From assembly GCA_951406725.2 (NCBI GenBank), contig OX597816.1:100254001-100318000 (forward strand): 64,000 nt of DNA. Direction: 5' to 3'. Shown one piece after another: positions 51,150 to 64,000 of the stretch; the first letter of the stretch is position 1; every line of letters begins with the position of its first letter. Both the position numbers and the translations under genes were made by a program. This stretch comes from Octopus vulgaris. Lineage: Eukaryota. Below the pieces are notes generated by a model. That model searched no databases, had not been told where the DNA came from, and was given only the letters and a program-made list of their open reading frames with translations.

Positions 51150-53935
51150 TTTTGCTTTTATGGGCAGGTCATCTTGGGTACTGCTTATCACCATTCACAT
51201 GAGTCTTTTGTAATTTCTGTGAGGTTCAAAATACTGATTTCAGCCTTCAATACTATGTCTCCCTGGATTTCCTATTCCATAGGTTCCATCCACATAAAGT
51301 GATTACTCTTCTTTATCTGGTCTGTACACTGACATTGTACATCTAATGGAGGATGCTTCCTTCATTTCTTTCTAATCTTTGTAGGACATTCAAGGTAGCA
51401 TTGTGACTGTTATACAAACTCTAGCTACCATTGTAATAGATAGTGGTATTAGGTCATCTAGATAACAGAAGTCAACTATCACTCAAGATCTTCCTAGGCA
51501 TTTGAAGAAATCTATTTCCCATGTGCTGTTAGTGTTTATTACTCCTATGCGTATGTCATATACAAAGTCTACTTTCCCTATTAACTTGCCTTTGATACCA
51601 CTGCACTTCTTGTGAGTCTATAGTTTGCATTGGGTAGACAAATGGAATTTCTTCTTATTCCTTTTCTGTATATTGAGCAAGGCTATGTTTTCCTGCTTAC
51701 TAAAGGTCTGGTCTTTATTAAGCGAGCTTCAAGGTTTTTTTATCACCCCTGTAATTTTGTTTTTAATTCTATTATATGAACAAGGTCATCAGCATCCATA
51801 AGTTCCTACATGTATCTAGTCTGAAACTCTTGTGTTATGGCTTAGAGGACTATGATGAATTGAAGGGGACTGAGAATGGGGCCTTGGCAGAGTACTTCTG
51901 CACACATGATTCACAATTCGTCAAGATATAAAATGTTTGTGTTTGAGCCTTCTAAAACTTTTAGCAAACTATCAAAGTAATACAACAGCTGTTTTATGCA
52001 GTTCTGCAACAAAGAAAGTCTTTTGACTCCTGGAGATACTAGCTCTACAGGAATTTAGTTTGATCACATCATTCTTTGAAATACTTTAATGACATGAGTA
52101 CCAAATGAGATTTGGTGGTAATTTACAAATGATCTGTTTTCATCTTTGAAGACTAGGGTGACATGTTGCGATAGGAAGTGCTTTGATATATAATCTGTGT
52201 CAAGCAATTTTCTCCAGAGCTTAGCAACAGAACATGTCATTTGGTGTTGGCATTCCTTCAGGACCCTAGTAGGATATCTGTCAGGGCCTACTGTAGAGTA
52301 ATGCTTAATTTCATTTATTACTGCATTGGTTTCTTGAGTGTTGAATGATGGCATGTTGTTGTCTGTTTCACTGATACTAAGTCAACCCTTGGATTACTGA
52401 AGGCAGAGCATTATTGTTTCTGTATAATCTCTCTTATTTCTTTAGTATAATGGTGAGGTTTCTGTTATCATTTATCTGGGCACTTATAAGTGAAACAGCA
52501 TTCCTATGCTAGTCAGCAAAATGAATGCAATGCATTTTGGTTGTATTTAATTTTATTAATGACCAGTCTTCTTCTGCAGACCTTTGTTGATGTAAGTTTT
52601 CAGATAATTTTTTTGCATCTCAAGTGTTCTAGTTACTGTCAATTGTGGGTACTATATATTTCAATAGTTCTTTTTTATCTTCTGATTTTTCTGATGAGAG
52701 TTTTATCTCTCTTGGAAACATCTATTTTTACAAATGAGTTCTGTTGGGTAGCTTTGAACATATATTACTGACTATATAGATAAATTTTTACCAAACTATT
52801 TCATTATCAAAAGAAGAGCAAGGATCAGTCAATAAGTTATAGATCATGCCTAATTTCTTCCCAATCTTGTTTATACAGATTCCTGTTGTCAAACGGATGT
52901 GCTGGAGTGAGTTTAGTTATTTGATTTTGGTTTTGAAAATTAAGATTGTAGAGTACCACATCATATTCAGGGAGATGTTTTGGATGGTGCTAGAATGTCT
53001 TGTTTGAACTAGTTCCCAGATATGTTTTTGTGTCTCATTGCCTCAAACATGAATTGGGAAGAAAAAAGCATCCATAACATTGAAGAGCAGATTAGTACTT
53101 GGGCTGTTCATCTATTATAAGCTTATGTAAATGTCTTCTTGGTCACCAGATATTTCAAGCACCATTCTTCATGAACATTATTAATAGACACTGACCACTG
53201 TAGATTGCCAATGTTTACATATCTCCTTCAAATAAATGCCTATTCCATCTAAGGACATGTACATGGAGTTACTATTGCAAAGAAATTAACAAAAAATAAC
53301 AATCTGATACACTTGATTGCCAAATATATTTATGATAACTTTTGATAATTCTACTGCTGCTTTTCTTAGTGCTAAGATACTATTTTCTGGCTTCAATGTA
53401 TTTGTAGATTAGTACACATAGAGAAGATGGGAGTCACCCATCACTAATATACTTCCAGATTTGTGCTTTTGAATAAAGGATATAACTTGATTGAGACACT
53501 CTCAAAAACACTTGAGGATCCTTGAGGAGACCTACACAGGACTACTTATTGTTAAGTTATTAACTTTATATAGACACAGATTCACAGTAACCATTGGAAA
53601 ATATATCCTTTGGATCTATGGGAAGGAAATCCTTGAGAAACATGATGGCTCCTCCTTTATTTCAGGTTGAGTTATCTGCTTGGATAGATGAACAGCAGAT
53701 TAGTATGTGGACTTTTCATCTATTATACACTTACATCAGTGTTTTCTCGGCATTTGGATATTTTGAGCACCATTCTTCATGACCATTATTAATAGACTCT
53801 GACCACTATAGACTGGCAATATTTAAATGTCTACTCCATCTCAGAACATGTACATGGAGCTACTATTGCAAAGAATTTAACAAAAATTAACAATCTGATA
53901 CACTTGATTGCTAGATATATTCAAGATAATGTTTA
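51150..53935 (-). mobile_element. Heavily decayed CR1/L2-group LINE with a duplicated segment at its 5' side
   Basis: ORF 52064-52354: AVINEIKHYSTVGPDRYPTRVLKEC..LWRKLLDT..NYHQISFGTHVIKVFQRM, homologous to 12940-13428. Outer limits are approximate. Confidence 0.7.
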
Positions 53936-54006
53936 TCTAGCTTCTTTTTAACCAATGAATACATATATATATTATATATATGGACAAACACAAACATGAT
54001 TATATA

Positions 54007-54049
<43 letters not shown>

Positions 54050-54053
<4 letters not shown>

Positions 54054-54440
54054 AAAATATTATTATTAAGTAAGAAAATGGAGAGATTTAATGAATATAG
54101 ATTAATTTATTAATTAATTAACATTGCCTACAATTGTTTCAATTTACACTCATTACAAGTTACAAAACATATATCAGTTTGCATTTTGAAGATTTTGAGA
54201 TACTCCAACAAACTGAGTATGTTGGAGTATCTCAACTGATCAACATGTAACTGCCTTAATGTTCTTTTGTCCTGCTGATATTTTACTTAAAATCTTCAAA
54301 ATACAAACTTAGTTTACTATATATATTTTGTAATTTGTAGTAAGTGTAAATTGAAACAATTGTAGGCAATATTAATTAATTAATAAATTAATTTATATCC
54401 ATTAAACCCCTACATTTTCTTATTTAGTGATGATATTTGA
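54050..54440. repeat. Imperfect ~150-bp-arm inverted repeat with an internal perfect 16-bp hairpin
   Basis: Arms at about 54055-54198 and 54288-54438 (e.g. ttaatttattaattaattaacattgcctacaattgtttcaatttacact versus its reverse complement); TTGAGATACTCCAACA/TGTTGGAGTATCTCAA at 54195-54235. Confidence 0.9.
54267..54369 (+). ncRNA. Long-stem-II type I hammerhead-like motif (A6C variant)
   Basis: TTGTC-CTGCTGA(54272-54278)-long AT-rich stem II-GAAAC-AATT-GTA-GGCAA. Stem I TTGTC/GGCAA; palindromic ACAATTGT; GUA site ends at 54364. Confidence 0.58.
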
Positions 54441-54604
54441 TATTTATAATATATTTATTGAAGAGATATCTCTTAATAATATAATATATTAAACCAGTGT
54501 AACTTAAATGGAACCATCCCGATAAGAGGGTTTTATATCCTTATAATGACTCTGAACGAGGTATAAACAGTAACCGCACGACAATGTGAAGTATATTTGC
54601 CATC

Positions 54605-54651
<47 letters not shown>

Positions 54652-54794
54652 TTTTATCTTCTGCTCATCTTTCAAACATTTATATATGTATATACTATAT
54701 GTGTGGGTGTGTGTCTGTATATATACACAAATATGAATATATGCATGTGCATATATATAGGTATATATGTATATATGTGTGTGTGACATGTAAA

Positions 54795-55400
54795 AGGCAC
54801 CCACTACACTCTTGGAATGGTTGGCATAAGGAAAGGCATTCAGCTATAGAAACCAAGCCAAAATCAGACTAGAGCCTTGTACTGATCTCTGGCTTACCAG
54901 TTCCCATTAAGTCATCTAACGCATGTCAGCATCAAAAACAGATATGAAATGATGATGACAATGATATATATATATAAGGGGTTCTTTCAGTTTTCATCTA
55001 CCAAATCCACTCACAAAGCTTTGGTCAGCCTGAAGCTATAGTAGAAGACACTCAACCAAGGTGCCACACAATGAGACAGAACCCAGAATCATCTTACCAC
55101 ACAGCTACACCTATACCACCCATCCTCGCACTTATATCAGCCACGCCAGCACCTGTGTATATACAGATGTATATATCTTTGGGAGTGTATGTCTGTGTTT
55201 GTGTTTGTGTCATGTTTGTCCACCATTACCACTTGAGAACTGGTGTTGGCCTGTTTACATCTGTATAACTTGGCATTTCAGCAAAACAAATCAATAAAAT
55301 AAGTATCAGGTTAAAAAAAAAAAAAGTACTAAGGTTGATTTGTTTGACAAAACTCTTCAGTCAGTGCTCAGCATGCAGTCCAGTGACTGGAATAAGTAAA
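54795..55400. mobile_element. Cluster of decayed SINEs (RTE-tail type on +, 54795-54965; tRNA-headed type on -, 54975-55110; further SINE body to about 55400)
   Basis: Motifs shared with the copies at 40900 and 2490. Confidence 0.6.
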
Positions 55401-55606
55401 ATATGATTTCTCTGTGATCATTTCAATATCTGGCCTTACAGACGTGTGTAGCTCAATATTCAGTGTCAATTTGATATAGGTAGGGAGCTTATGTGCAATG
55501 CAAACATTTGATCACTATAAACAAATCTTGTGTGTTATTTTTTTGGCAAGACATTTCAGAATTCCCAACTGTAGTTCTAATGATCCAAGAGTCCATAATA
55601 TGTGTG

Positions 55607-55676
<70 letters not shown>

Positions 55677-56243
55677 TAAATCTATAATGTATGTATGTGT
55701 GTATGCATGCATGCATACACATAAATGTGTAGAAATTGGAGCTAGTGAAGTCTCAGATATTCTCTAACAACCTCATCTGACTTTTTAGAGGTATAGCAAG
55801 GAGGCAGGTTCTCCTACCATACATATAGCGTCTCAGCAGTAACCCTCTCTAGCCAGGGATTGAGCCTAAGGCCCTGTTCAAAGACGTGGGGATGAATTCC
55901 AGTGTATGGCTGCAGTTAGAACACCTTCTGTGTCCTTTCTTGCCCGTCACAAAATCATAGTCTCCCTTACAGCTGCCTATGTCATGTCTTAAAGTTTACA
56001 GTGTTCACAAAGCATTGAGCTGCAGTTATGATGTTGGCATTTTGATACGCAGTGCGAATCATCATGGCACAGATAACTCTTTTCCAATAATCTGATGGCT
56101 TCTAGTCTTCCATGTCAGCTAACGTTCTCTCAACTGCTACTTTAATCTTTATGATCTTCAATGCCTTTAATTATTTACCAATGCTCCAACCTGTTTTTGA
56201 TGAGAGGAGAGATAAAATATTGTCAAATTTAACCCAAATGCCC

Positions 56244-56276
<33 letters not shown>

Positions 56277-56359
56277 CCAAAATGTTGGAATGGATTAGAT
56301 AAAATCCAGGTTACATATGTTCAATAGCTTGTGAAACCTTGGAAGTAGTAAATTATACA

Positions 56360-57150
56360 AATGAGGGGTAGACCATAAGTTGCTCTTCAGGCTAAGTATA
56401 CTTTGATTATATTAAGTTTACATCGTCGTTGGGAGATCTTGCGTAAACTCATTGGAGATTTGATCAAAATGCAATATATATGTATACATGCCTTGTACCA
56501 AAGGCAATAGAAAGGTTTGCATAAAATTTATCTTAACTGACATAGGTCTTTCAAATTACAAATGATAAAGTAATTTTTCTGCTATACTACTCAATATAGT
56601 CTCCCTCACAAGTGATACGTTTGGGCTTTTGTTGATCCCAACTCACAAATTCTCTTAGAATAATTCAGGTGTGCCCTCTTTTACTCTCTTTTTCACAACC
56701 ACTTTCATCTCATATGTTTCATCAAATCATAGTCCCTGATTAATGTTTGTCATTGGCTTTTCTTTCAGTGGTGGAAATTGGAGAATATCAGATCTAGGCT
56801 GTATGGTAGAAGAGGGAGAACTACATCATCCCAATTTGCTTATGGACTAATTTGTTGTTAAAAATACTTGAAGCTTCACATTATAGGATTTTTCATATTC
56901 TTATTTTAGGATTTCTTCCTAATGGCTTCTTTAAGCTTTTGGTGTGTCTCAATGTACCACTTGCTGTTCACAGTATAGCCACATTCTAGAAAATGAAGGA
57001 AAATAACCCTCTTGCTATCCACAAAAATATTCCCTATGATTTACTGCTTTGATCACTGATTCTTAAACTTCTTCAGCCTTGGAGAAGCTGATGTGACATC
57101 ATTCCATGGACTTGAGCCTTCATTTTCAGATCATAAAGATGTCGGATTTT
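56360..57150 (-). mobile_element. mariner-family transposon 3' relic with candidate TIR
   Basis: Minus strand LPYSLDLIFSNFH (YSPDLAPSDFHLF motif) and KRITCEGDYIE*; TIR-like atgaggggtagaccataagtt at about 56361. Confidence 0.72.
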
Positions 57151-58829
57151 TTTTATTCTCTGCTCATTTCTCAAACATTTAACATGAAAAATAAGGAAGC
57201 AAGTGAGCTCAGGATCATTCATAGTGGGTATCAAAATGTTGTATATTAAGACTAGTACTCATAAAAATGTCTTTCATCAAAAAAGAAATGTTGTATCACT
57301 AGTATTAGTATAAGGAAGACCTTCATATAGCACTTGCATTAAGAAAATTTAAACATCAAGAATGATTTGTAGATTTATCACCTGTAAATTGTTTTTAAAA
57401 ACTGCCCCAATACGAATTTTTTCAAGAAAATACTGAGATTCAGTTCTTAGATAATATTTTCCACAACTATCATTCTATATTTATATGTAGTGTGTGTGTG
57501 TATACATTTATGCATGCATACACACAAACATTCATACATACATACATGCATGCATGCATATATGCATACATGCATGCATGCATACATACATACATACATA
57601 TGTATGCATTGATGAAATAATTTAAGACCGTAAAAGTCATGTTATTAAAATCTTTTCACACACTTCAAAAGAGTTTGTTAAACATATTTACTATGTAAGC
57701 ATATAATCTAAAATGTGGTGGTGTCAAAGTGACTCCTGTTAGAAGTTCACAAAATATGTTTACTACAGACAAAATTCTAGTAAGGGTGATAGTAATTTTG
57801 TAAAGGTGTAAAACTTGGCAAATAGCAAATTATTGTTTTCTGTTAGTGATAATGATGGGCAGAAAGAGAAAAATTGAAAAGTTGGTTGATATATTTGTGG
57901 CAAATAACCAAAAGGCTCAGTTTCATTTAAGGAGAGAAAATTGTCTGATGTTTTGTGGTTGAATGACTTTTTGGCTTGTGTAATGTCAAATTTTGGCATG
58001 ATTTCATGTTTGAGGAAGATAAACTCATTGTTGGAGGTGCTAAAGAGAAGCCTTAGGGAGATATTCTGTTGCAAAAACAGAAATTGATGTACTAGTTGAG
58101 AAGAAATATTTTGGGAACAAGTTCAAATGTTTAATAATTATAATTCTGAGAAATATTTCAACTGATAAATTATGTATATTGAAATGTTTCCATGTTTGCA
58201 TCATAAAATATATTTTGATATCTGCTTCTAGATTATGTGAAACTAATTTTCTGAAAATTTTACGTTTAGATTTTAAATCTTTTCATGTACTTATTTTAAT
58301 CTAGTATAATGGATGTGTAGATGTACTTTTCCTAATATCATTTACATAACCACAAATTAAGACTAGTTAATTGATGTTAGTTTAGTGAACTGATATAAAG
58401 TAATTTAATTGCCATAGGCACAACTCAAACAGAAGCTGCTACTTTTTTTCCCCTATTACTCAAACCAAATAATCTGCTCAGTCAAATAGTTGATACTCAT
58501 TTTATTTGCTCCATTAGCATATAATCATATATCTTTAAGCATATATCCCTTTTAATCCCTCTGGTAAAGCTCATATCTACAATAACATCAAAACTATTTG
58601 TTTCACCTTATTCTGTTCTATGAAGGCTGGTGTATTTAGGTTGAAATGAAGTAAAGTGCTTGATGCTGTTGTTTGACTGCTAATTTTTGGTGCTGGACTC
58701 AGTTATGAAAATAAAGCTAATCTATTACTCATTTTATCAATAATAAACTATCAGTAACTTTAAACATGATCTTTAGGAAAGATTTGTTTATGAATATAGT
58801 TTAAGAATATGTTTAAGAATATAGATAAT

Positions 58830-59053
58830 TTCCTTCTTATCAACTTGCCTGAGACTTTCATTGGTTCTTGGGAACATATTTCCTGTATTAAAGTGACCTA
58901 AATTAAAACTTTCCATTAAAATTTCATGTTAGTTTATGTTCCAACCTAAGCTTAATAATGACAAAGCTATTTTACTATATTGGTCATTATATTTGAAATC
59001 TATTGAAAGAAAAAAGAGTTTTTCAACAGCAATACAGTAATGAAAAATGTTAA
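58830..59053. mobile_element. Possible piggyBac-type MITE relic
   Basis: Ends in cagtaatgaaaaatgTTAA; body ttaataatgacaaagctattttacta resembles a common cephalopod repeat. Recognition only; the left TIR is not clear. Confidence 0.3.
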
Positions 59054-59719
59054 AAAGAGTTATTAAATTTCACCTGATTTTCAATCTTCACTAAAAAGAG
59101 TGGAAAATATTTTTCTTCGCAGTGTATGTCGTTCATTGATAGACAGAATGTAGTTGACTGACATTAAAGGAATGTGTTTAAGAAGAATAACTAGTAATAT
59201 TCCTTTTGAACGGGTACATAGGATTAAAGATGCAAAAATGAAGGTAATTTAGATAAGTGAAATAAATGTTGGAGCTCAAATAAGAATGTCAACATTGATG
59301 AAGTGGAATTCAGAAAGAAAACTTTAAGTACAACCCAAACTGTATGACTGTGAGTAGAATTCTGGTCAAATATATTAACTTCACATTGAAAGCATTCACT
59401 TGAAAGGTTTTTATGCTAAAATCTGTCAAAATCATTTCTATGAAAACTCTTCATAATATTCACTTATATTTTTCTATTGTTAGCTGAAAGGAAACCATAG
59501 TTGGTGAGTACTTGGGAGGTCATAACATTTAAGATATTTGACTAAGAAAATTGAATTTTAACTTTCATATGTAGAGATGAATAACAAAAATGTTTTAAAT
59601 TTGATCTTCACCAGCATCTGTCATTGATTTAACAATTTGATCTAGATTACCTCAGATATTCTAACAACATGAGTCTTCAGTAGATAATCCTTTGCTGCAA
59701 AATATTGAAATCAAATATT

Positions 59720-59860
59720 GATTTCTAACTGCAACACTCACAGAAATTTGTAGAGGAGAGCTATGGTTGATTAGATCAGTCAGTACTTTACAAGTACTTA
59801 TTTTATTGACCCTGGCTGAATAATAAACAAAAGCAATACCAGTGGAATTTGAGCTTAAAA
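59720..59860 (-). mobile_element. Decayed SINE (17555/45640 family)
   Basis: gtacttattttattgaccc..aaagcaataccagtggaatttgagcttaaaatgta is the reverse complement of the family body. Confidence 0.5.
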
Positions 59861-60544
59861 TGTAGAGAAATACAATTGGGTAAAACAATTGTTTCTGTCA
59901 AAGACCATATTTTCAAAAAGAAAAAAAAAAATAGATATTAGGGTTTCACATTTTACTATGGATGAAGTAAAAGAGTTATTCGATTTTCACTGCTTGTTCC
60001 AAAATATGTTGTTCAAATGATTCTAATATTTCAGTAAATCTTTTTTATGACAAATGACAGACAATACTTATATTTAAATTATAATCATAGCATATAAAAA
60101 TACAGGGTATTGATGAAAACTGTAACAATTTTAAAATGTTTAAATTTCAAGTTTAATGTGCATCATTAAATTACATTGTTGCTACTAGATTACTTTAAAT
60201 GTAATTTTATACTTGTAAATAATTATTTTAATGTTGGCATGAAACTGGTTTATGAGAAAAATTCAAATGTTTGCCTTTCTAAAAGTTTAGTACTTCTACT
60301 TCTGTAATTTCGAATTGGTGTGAAGAAAATGTGTCAGGTATTTGTATGCTGTTAATTCATATACAAACAACTCATTCTCTCGCTTTCTCTCTCTCTCCAC
60401 ACACACACATGCATACACACATACATTCATACATACACCTCACACATACTTGCATATATACATGCATGCATGCATGCATACATACATACATAGCCTCTCA
60501 TGGACTTATGAACATTACTTCATCTCACATATCAAAGACTATCT

Positions 60545-61080
60545 AAGAGTAGGAGATTGCTGGAAAATATCTAGTGGAAAATTAGAGCAGCTGCCCAAAA
60601 ATCATGATTTTTGACTGTGACATGATGCTTTTGCTAAAAAGAATATACTATACTATCCACAGAAAAGTACTGTCTTATTAAATACTTACATACTTATCGA
60701 CACATGGAATGCTGGCAGAACATTCTCATAAAAACTTGTACCAAGTGCAAATGTAACAGGCCTGATATAGTTATTTGGGACAGGAAGAAAAATGTTTTGA
60801 CATAGACATTGGATGTCCTGTTGATGTAAATATCTCTCCCAAAACTCTATGAGAAGGAAAATAAGCTGTTTCTCTACCCTGGTTATAAATTCACATGTAT
60901 ACTAATAAGCAGTGGTGCACTTGGGTGTGTTAGTAAATGCCTAAAGGACATGTTAGAAAATATTGGCTTTTTGAACATAGACAAAGAGCAGCTGCATGTT
61001 ATGGGTACAGCTTGTAAGTTGAATAGTAAAAATATGCAAGACTTTCCTAAAGTTTAGTATGTTACAATTATTGTTGTTAT
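60545..61080 (+). mobile_element. 3' relic of an RLE-type (R4/Dong/NeSL-like) non-LTR retrotransposon
   Basis: L*HDAFAK (RHD-like), CNRPDIVIWDRKKN, IDIGCPVDVNI, SGALGCVSK: PD-(D/E)xK restriction-like endonuclease; ends in attattgttgttatt. Confidence 0.68.
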
Positions 61081-61222
61081 TTAACCAAATTTGATATTAT
61101 TATCATCCAAAATTGGTAGAGCTTTAATTTCTGCATTAGAAACCTGCTCCCTCCCTCTAAGATGAATACTAATAAATACATAAAAGTGAAAAGACATACA
61201 CACCATACGTGCGCGCACACAT

Positions 61223-61223
<1 letters not shown>

Positions 61224-61277
<54 letters not shown>
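61224..61277. repeat. (CA)n microsatellite
   Basis: Directly visible. Confidence 0.95.
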
Positions 61278-61279
<2 letters not shown>

Positions 61280-64000
61280 ACATGCTCACACACCTGGATC
61301 TCATAATGATTTAATTCAACCCAAAAATACTGGTTGCTCTGTTGAATATTCCATCAGGAGTCAAAATCAAGTGTTTTGAAAAGTGCTTAAGAAGACTTTT
61401 GGAAGGTGTGTGTATATGGAGATATCTAGTATTCTAAACGAGATAAGACACTGCAAGTCTGTTGTTTGATTCATGTTTGAATTAGGCATGAAGATGGGGA
61501 AACATGCAGAGGGGAGTAGAGATTTATTTATTGTAGATTTTGTTCCAGTTGATGAAAGTAAGGTCATGGGCACAAATGACAATTCTGATTTTGATTACTG
61601 CATAGTTAAATATTTTGTTCCCATTTGGTGTAGTGATTTTTTTCTCAAATAATATGGTCTGTTATGAGTAGATTTTTTTTTACACGAATTTTAATGAGAA
61701 TAGTTGTATTATATGCATTGCTTAAAAGCAGCTTTTATATACTGGAGAGCCTTAATAACCAATCACATTTTGACTTCTAAGACAACATAAAAAAGGTTAC
61801 TTGGTTAACATCACATTTGTGTGTGAAGTTCTGTTCATCGATTATTAATCAAACTGAAACACAACACATGTGCACAACACATTCACACTTTCACTTATTT
61901 ACCTTCTCACATACATTGTAATTATATCAATATACAATGTAAACACTTTTATGAAACAGGAAATAAATATCAAAACAAATAATGTAGTGAATTTAAACAA
62001 AGTGAACTGAAATAATACATAATTAAATTTTATATTTATTTGATAAATGACTAAAGCCAAACTAAACAGCCTTTAGTCATGGAATTCTAATCGTATGAGA
62101 TTATCACACAAATAAAACATTTTTAGATAGTCAAAATATTTTTTCACATTGAAACAAAACTGTTGCAAAAACAGTTATTTTCTATTCAAACAATACAACT
62201 AATTAGAAATTAATTGTTATGTGATTAAGAAAATCACACATTAATGTATAATGAAAAGAAAAATTAAATCTAAACTAATTGTATTTTTTTAACCAAAGGC
62301 TGATGTAAATTGTTCAGTAGGAAGTTTTATGATGTAATACTTTAAACATACATGCAGTATTTTGTGTTCTACATCTTAATATTGTTTTAATAAGTTTACA
62401 TATTCTTGGATCTTGCACAGTGATGTGCTTGTAGAATTGTTTACTACTAATACTAAATGTATATAACCTACAAGGGTCAATTCAACCAACTGTAAATCTT
62501 AGTTAAAAAAGTTAATACTCGAGGCTTTATATTTTAATCAGTGAGCTTACTGGTGCTTATCATCCTTTGGTACACAAGCAGTAGGATGAGAGATAAAGAG
62601 AATGATAGTAGAATGGTACAATGGTTGGAGAGGAAACAACTGTTTAATGAGAAAGTAACAAGATGAAGGAAAGAATGACAAATGGTAGATTAATATAAAT
62701 ATAAATGTGAGAAAGATCTAAATGTAGATAGTATACATTGTAATTTCCATTATCTCAGCAATCATAGAATTTTAAGTTTGTTTCTCCAAGCTTTCGTGGG
62801 TGGGACAAGTTTTTCCAGCATAGTATTTGACACCATATCACAGTCCTTTGTCATTTCCTTCATGAGTTTCAGATCTTCATTTCATATCTTCTATGGTTTT
62901 TATGTATGCAACTCTTCATTATGCAATGAACATCTTCCATAAACATCATATACCTATGCAAGAATTGTCTTCTCTCTCCCAAATTTAAGTTTAGCTAAAC
63001 TATTGCTCCATCCTGAGGATGGAGGTAAAGAAAATGATCACAGCCAAATTGAAAAAAAGCTGTCATAGACAGATAAGTGGGATCCAACAGGAATGAAAAT
63101 AAAAAAATATATATAAAAATTATAAAATTGAAACATTATACACTTTTAACACATATTGAACATGATAAACAAATAAAGTCTCACTTTTTAAAAAAATTGC
63201 CAGATTTCACTGAAATAGGTAGTTAATTCTGGGATACTCTGTATAAAATCATCATCATTATCATTATTTTTTGCGGGCTTTCCATACTATTGTGGTACAA
63301 GCATTAGTGAAGGAGTTTCACTCCATAAGAGTAGGGGGTCCTCACCTCTGTGTTCATTAATTCAAAGCTACAAAGCTGAGTAACTGAAGAGAACAAGGGT
63401 GGCAGATGAACCAGGGTAGGTGGAAAAAAAAAGCAAAAGTGTGATAGTAGAAACAGAGCAGTTGAAATGAGAGGGTGGTTTAGAAGCTGAGTGGGTGATA
63501 TGTAGTAAAAGTTGAATAAAGAGTAAGATTGAATGATTAATGTTAATACCAAGTAACCTTGATTGAGTAAATTACGATTTACATATTTTTTCTTTATTAC
63601 TTTATATGTTTCAGTCCTAAGGTTGTAGTCATACTGGGGCACTCTGTGTGTGTGTAAACACAGACATACATACATGCATACACTCATATGTTTCTTGGTT
63701 TGTGATTATAATTTACATTATACAATAACCATAGATGACATAAATTATTATTATTGAAACTCACATTAAATTATATGCAATCATTTTACTTTAGAATTTC
63801 TGTTCCAAAATCTGATTCAATCTTATATAGTAATAAAGTCAATCTATGTAAGTGTACATATGATCTTAAAATTTCTAGGAATTCATTGTTCAAATAATTT
63901 TCCTTTAAGAGTTTTCTTATTCATTATTTTTCAAATCATTTTCATAATTCTTTAAGCAGAAAGGAATTAAAATTTCCAAAATATATCATTGGGATGTCAA

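Overview
AT-rich eukaryotic DNA, almost entirely intronic or intergenic and dominated by repeats. The repeat mix (tRNA-headed and RTE-tailed SINEs, RTE, CR1-group, R4/Dong and Penelope-like relics, very long TA/TG arrays) suggests an octopus or other coleoid cephalopod; this is inference, not a database result. Only one convincing host-gene exon is visible (10220-10588, + strand, unidentified Ser/Thr-rich segment). The window is strongly CpG-depleted except for an island at about 44.7-47.9 kb, a candidate unmethylated promoter or enhancer. The most notable hidden signal is a set of about ten type I hammerhead-ribozyme (HHR)-like motifs in short non-coding repeats. One keeps all conserved core residues (15744-15835, -). 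Several have unusually long stem II helices and palindromic stem III. Most lie roughly 30-120 nt upstream of a (TA)n array on their own strand, and they occur as inverted pairs or a tandem pair, consistent with microsatellite-associated non-autonomous Penelope-like or retrozyme-like elements. Near-perfect local inverted repeats (e.g. 81 bp at 19.7/20.2 kb) would form dsRNA if transcribed. Boundaries of decayed repeats are approximate, and all folding and alignment was done by eye.
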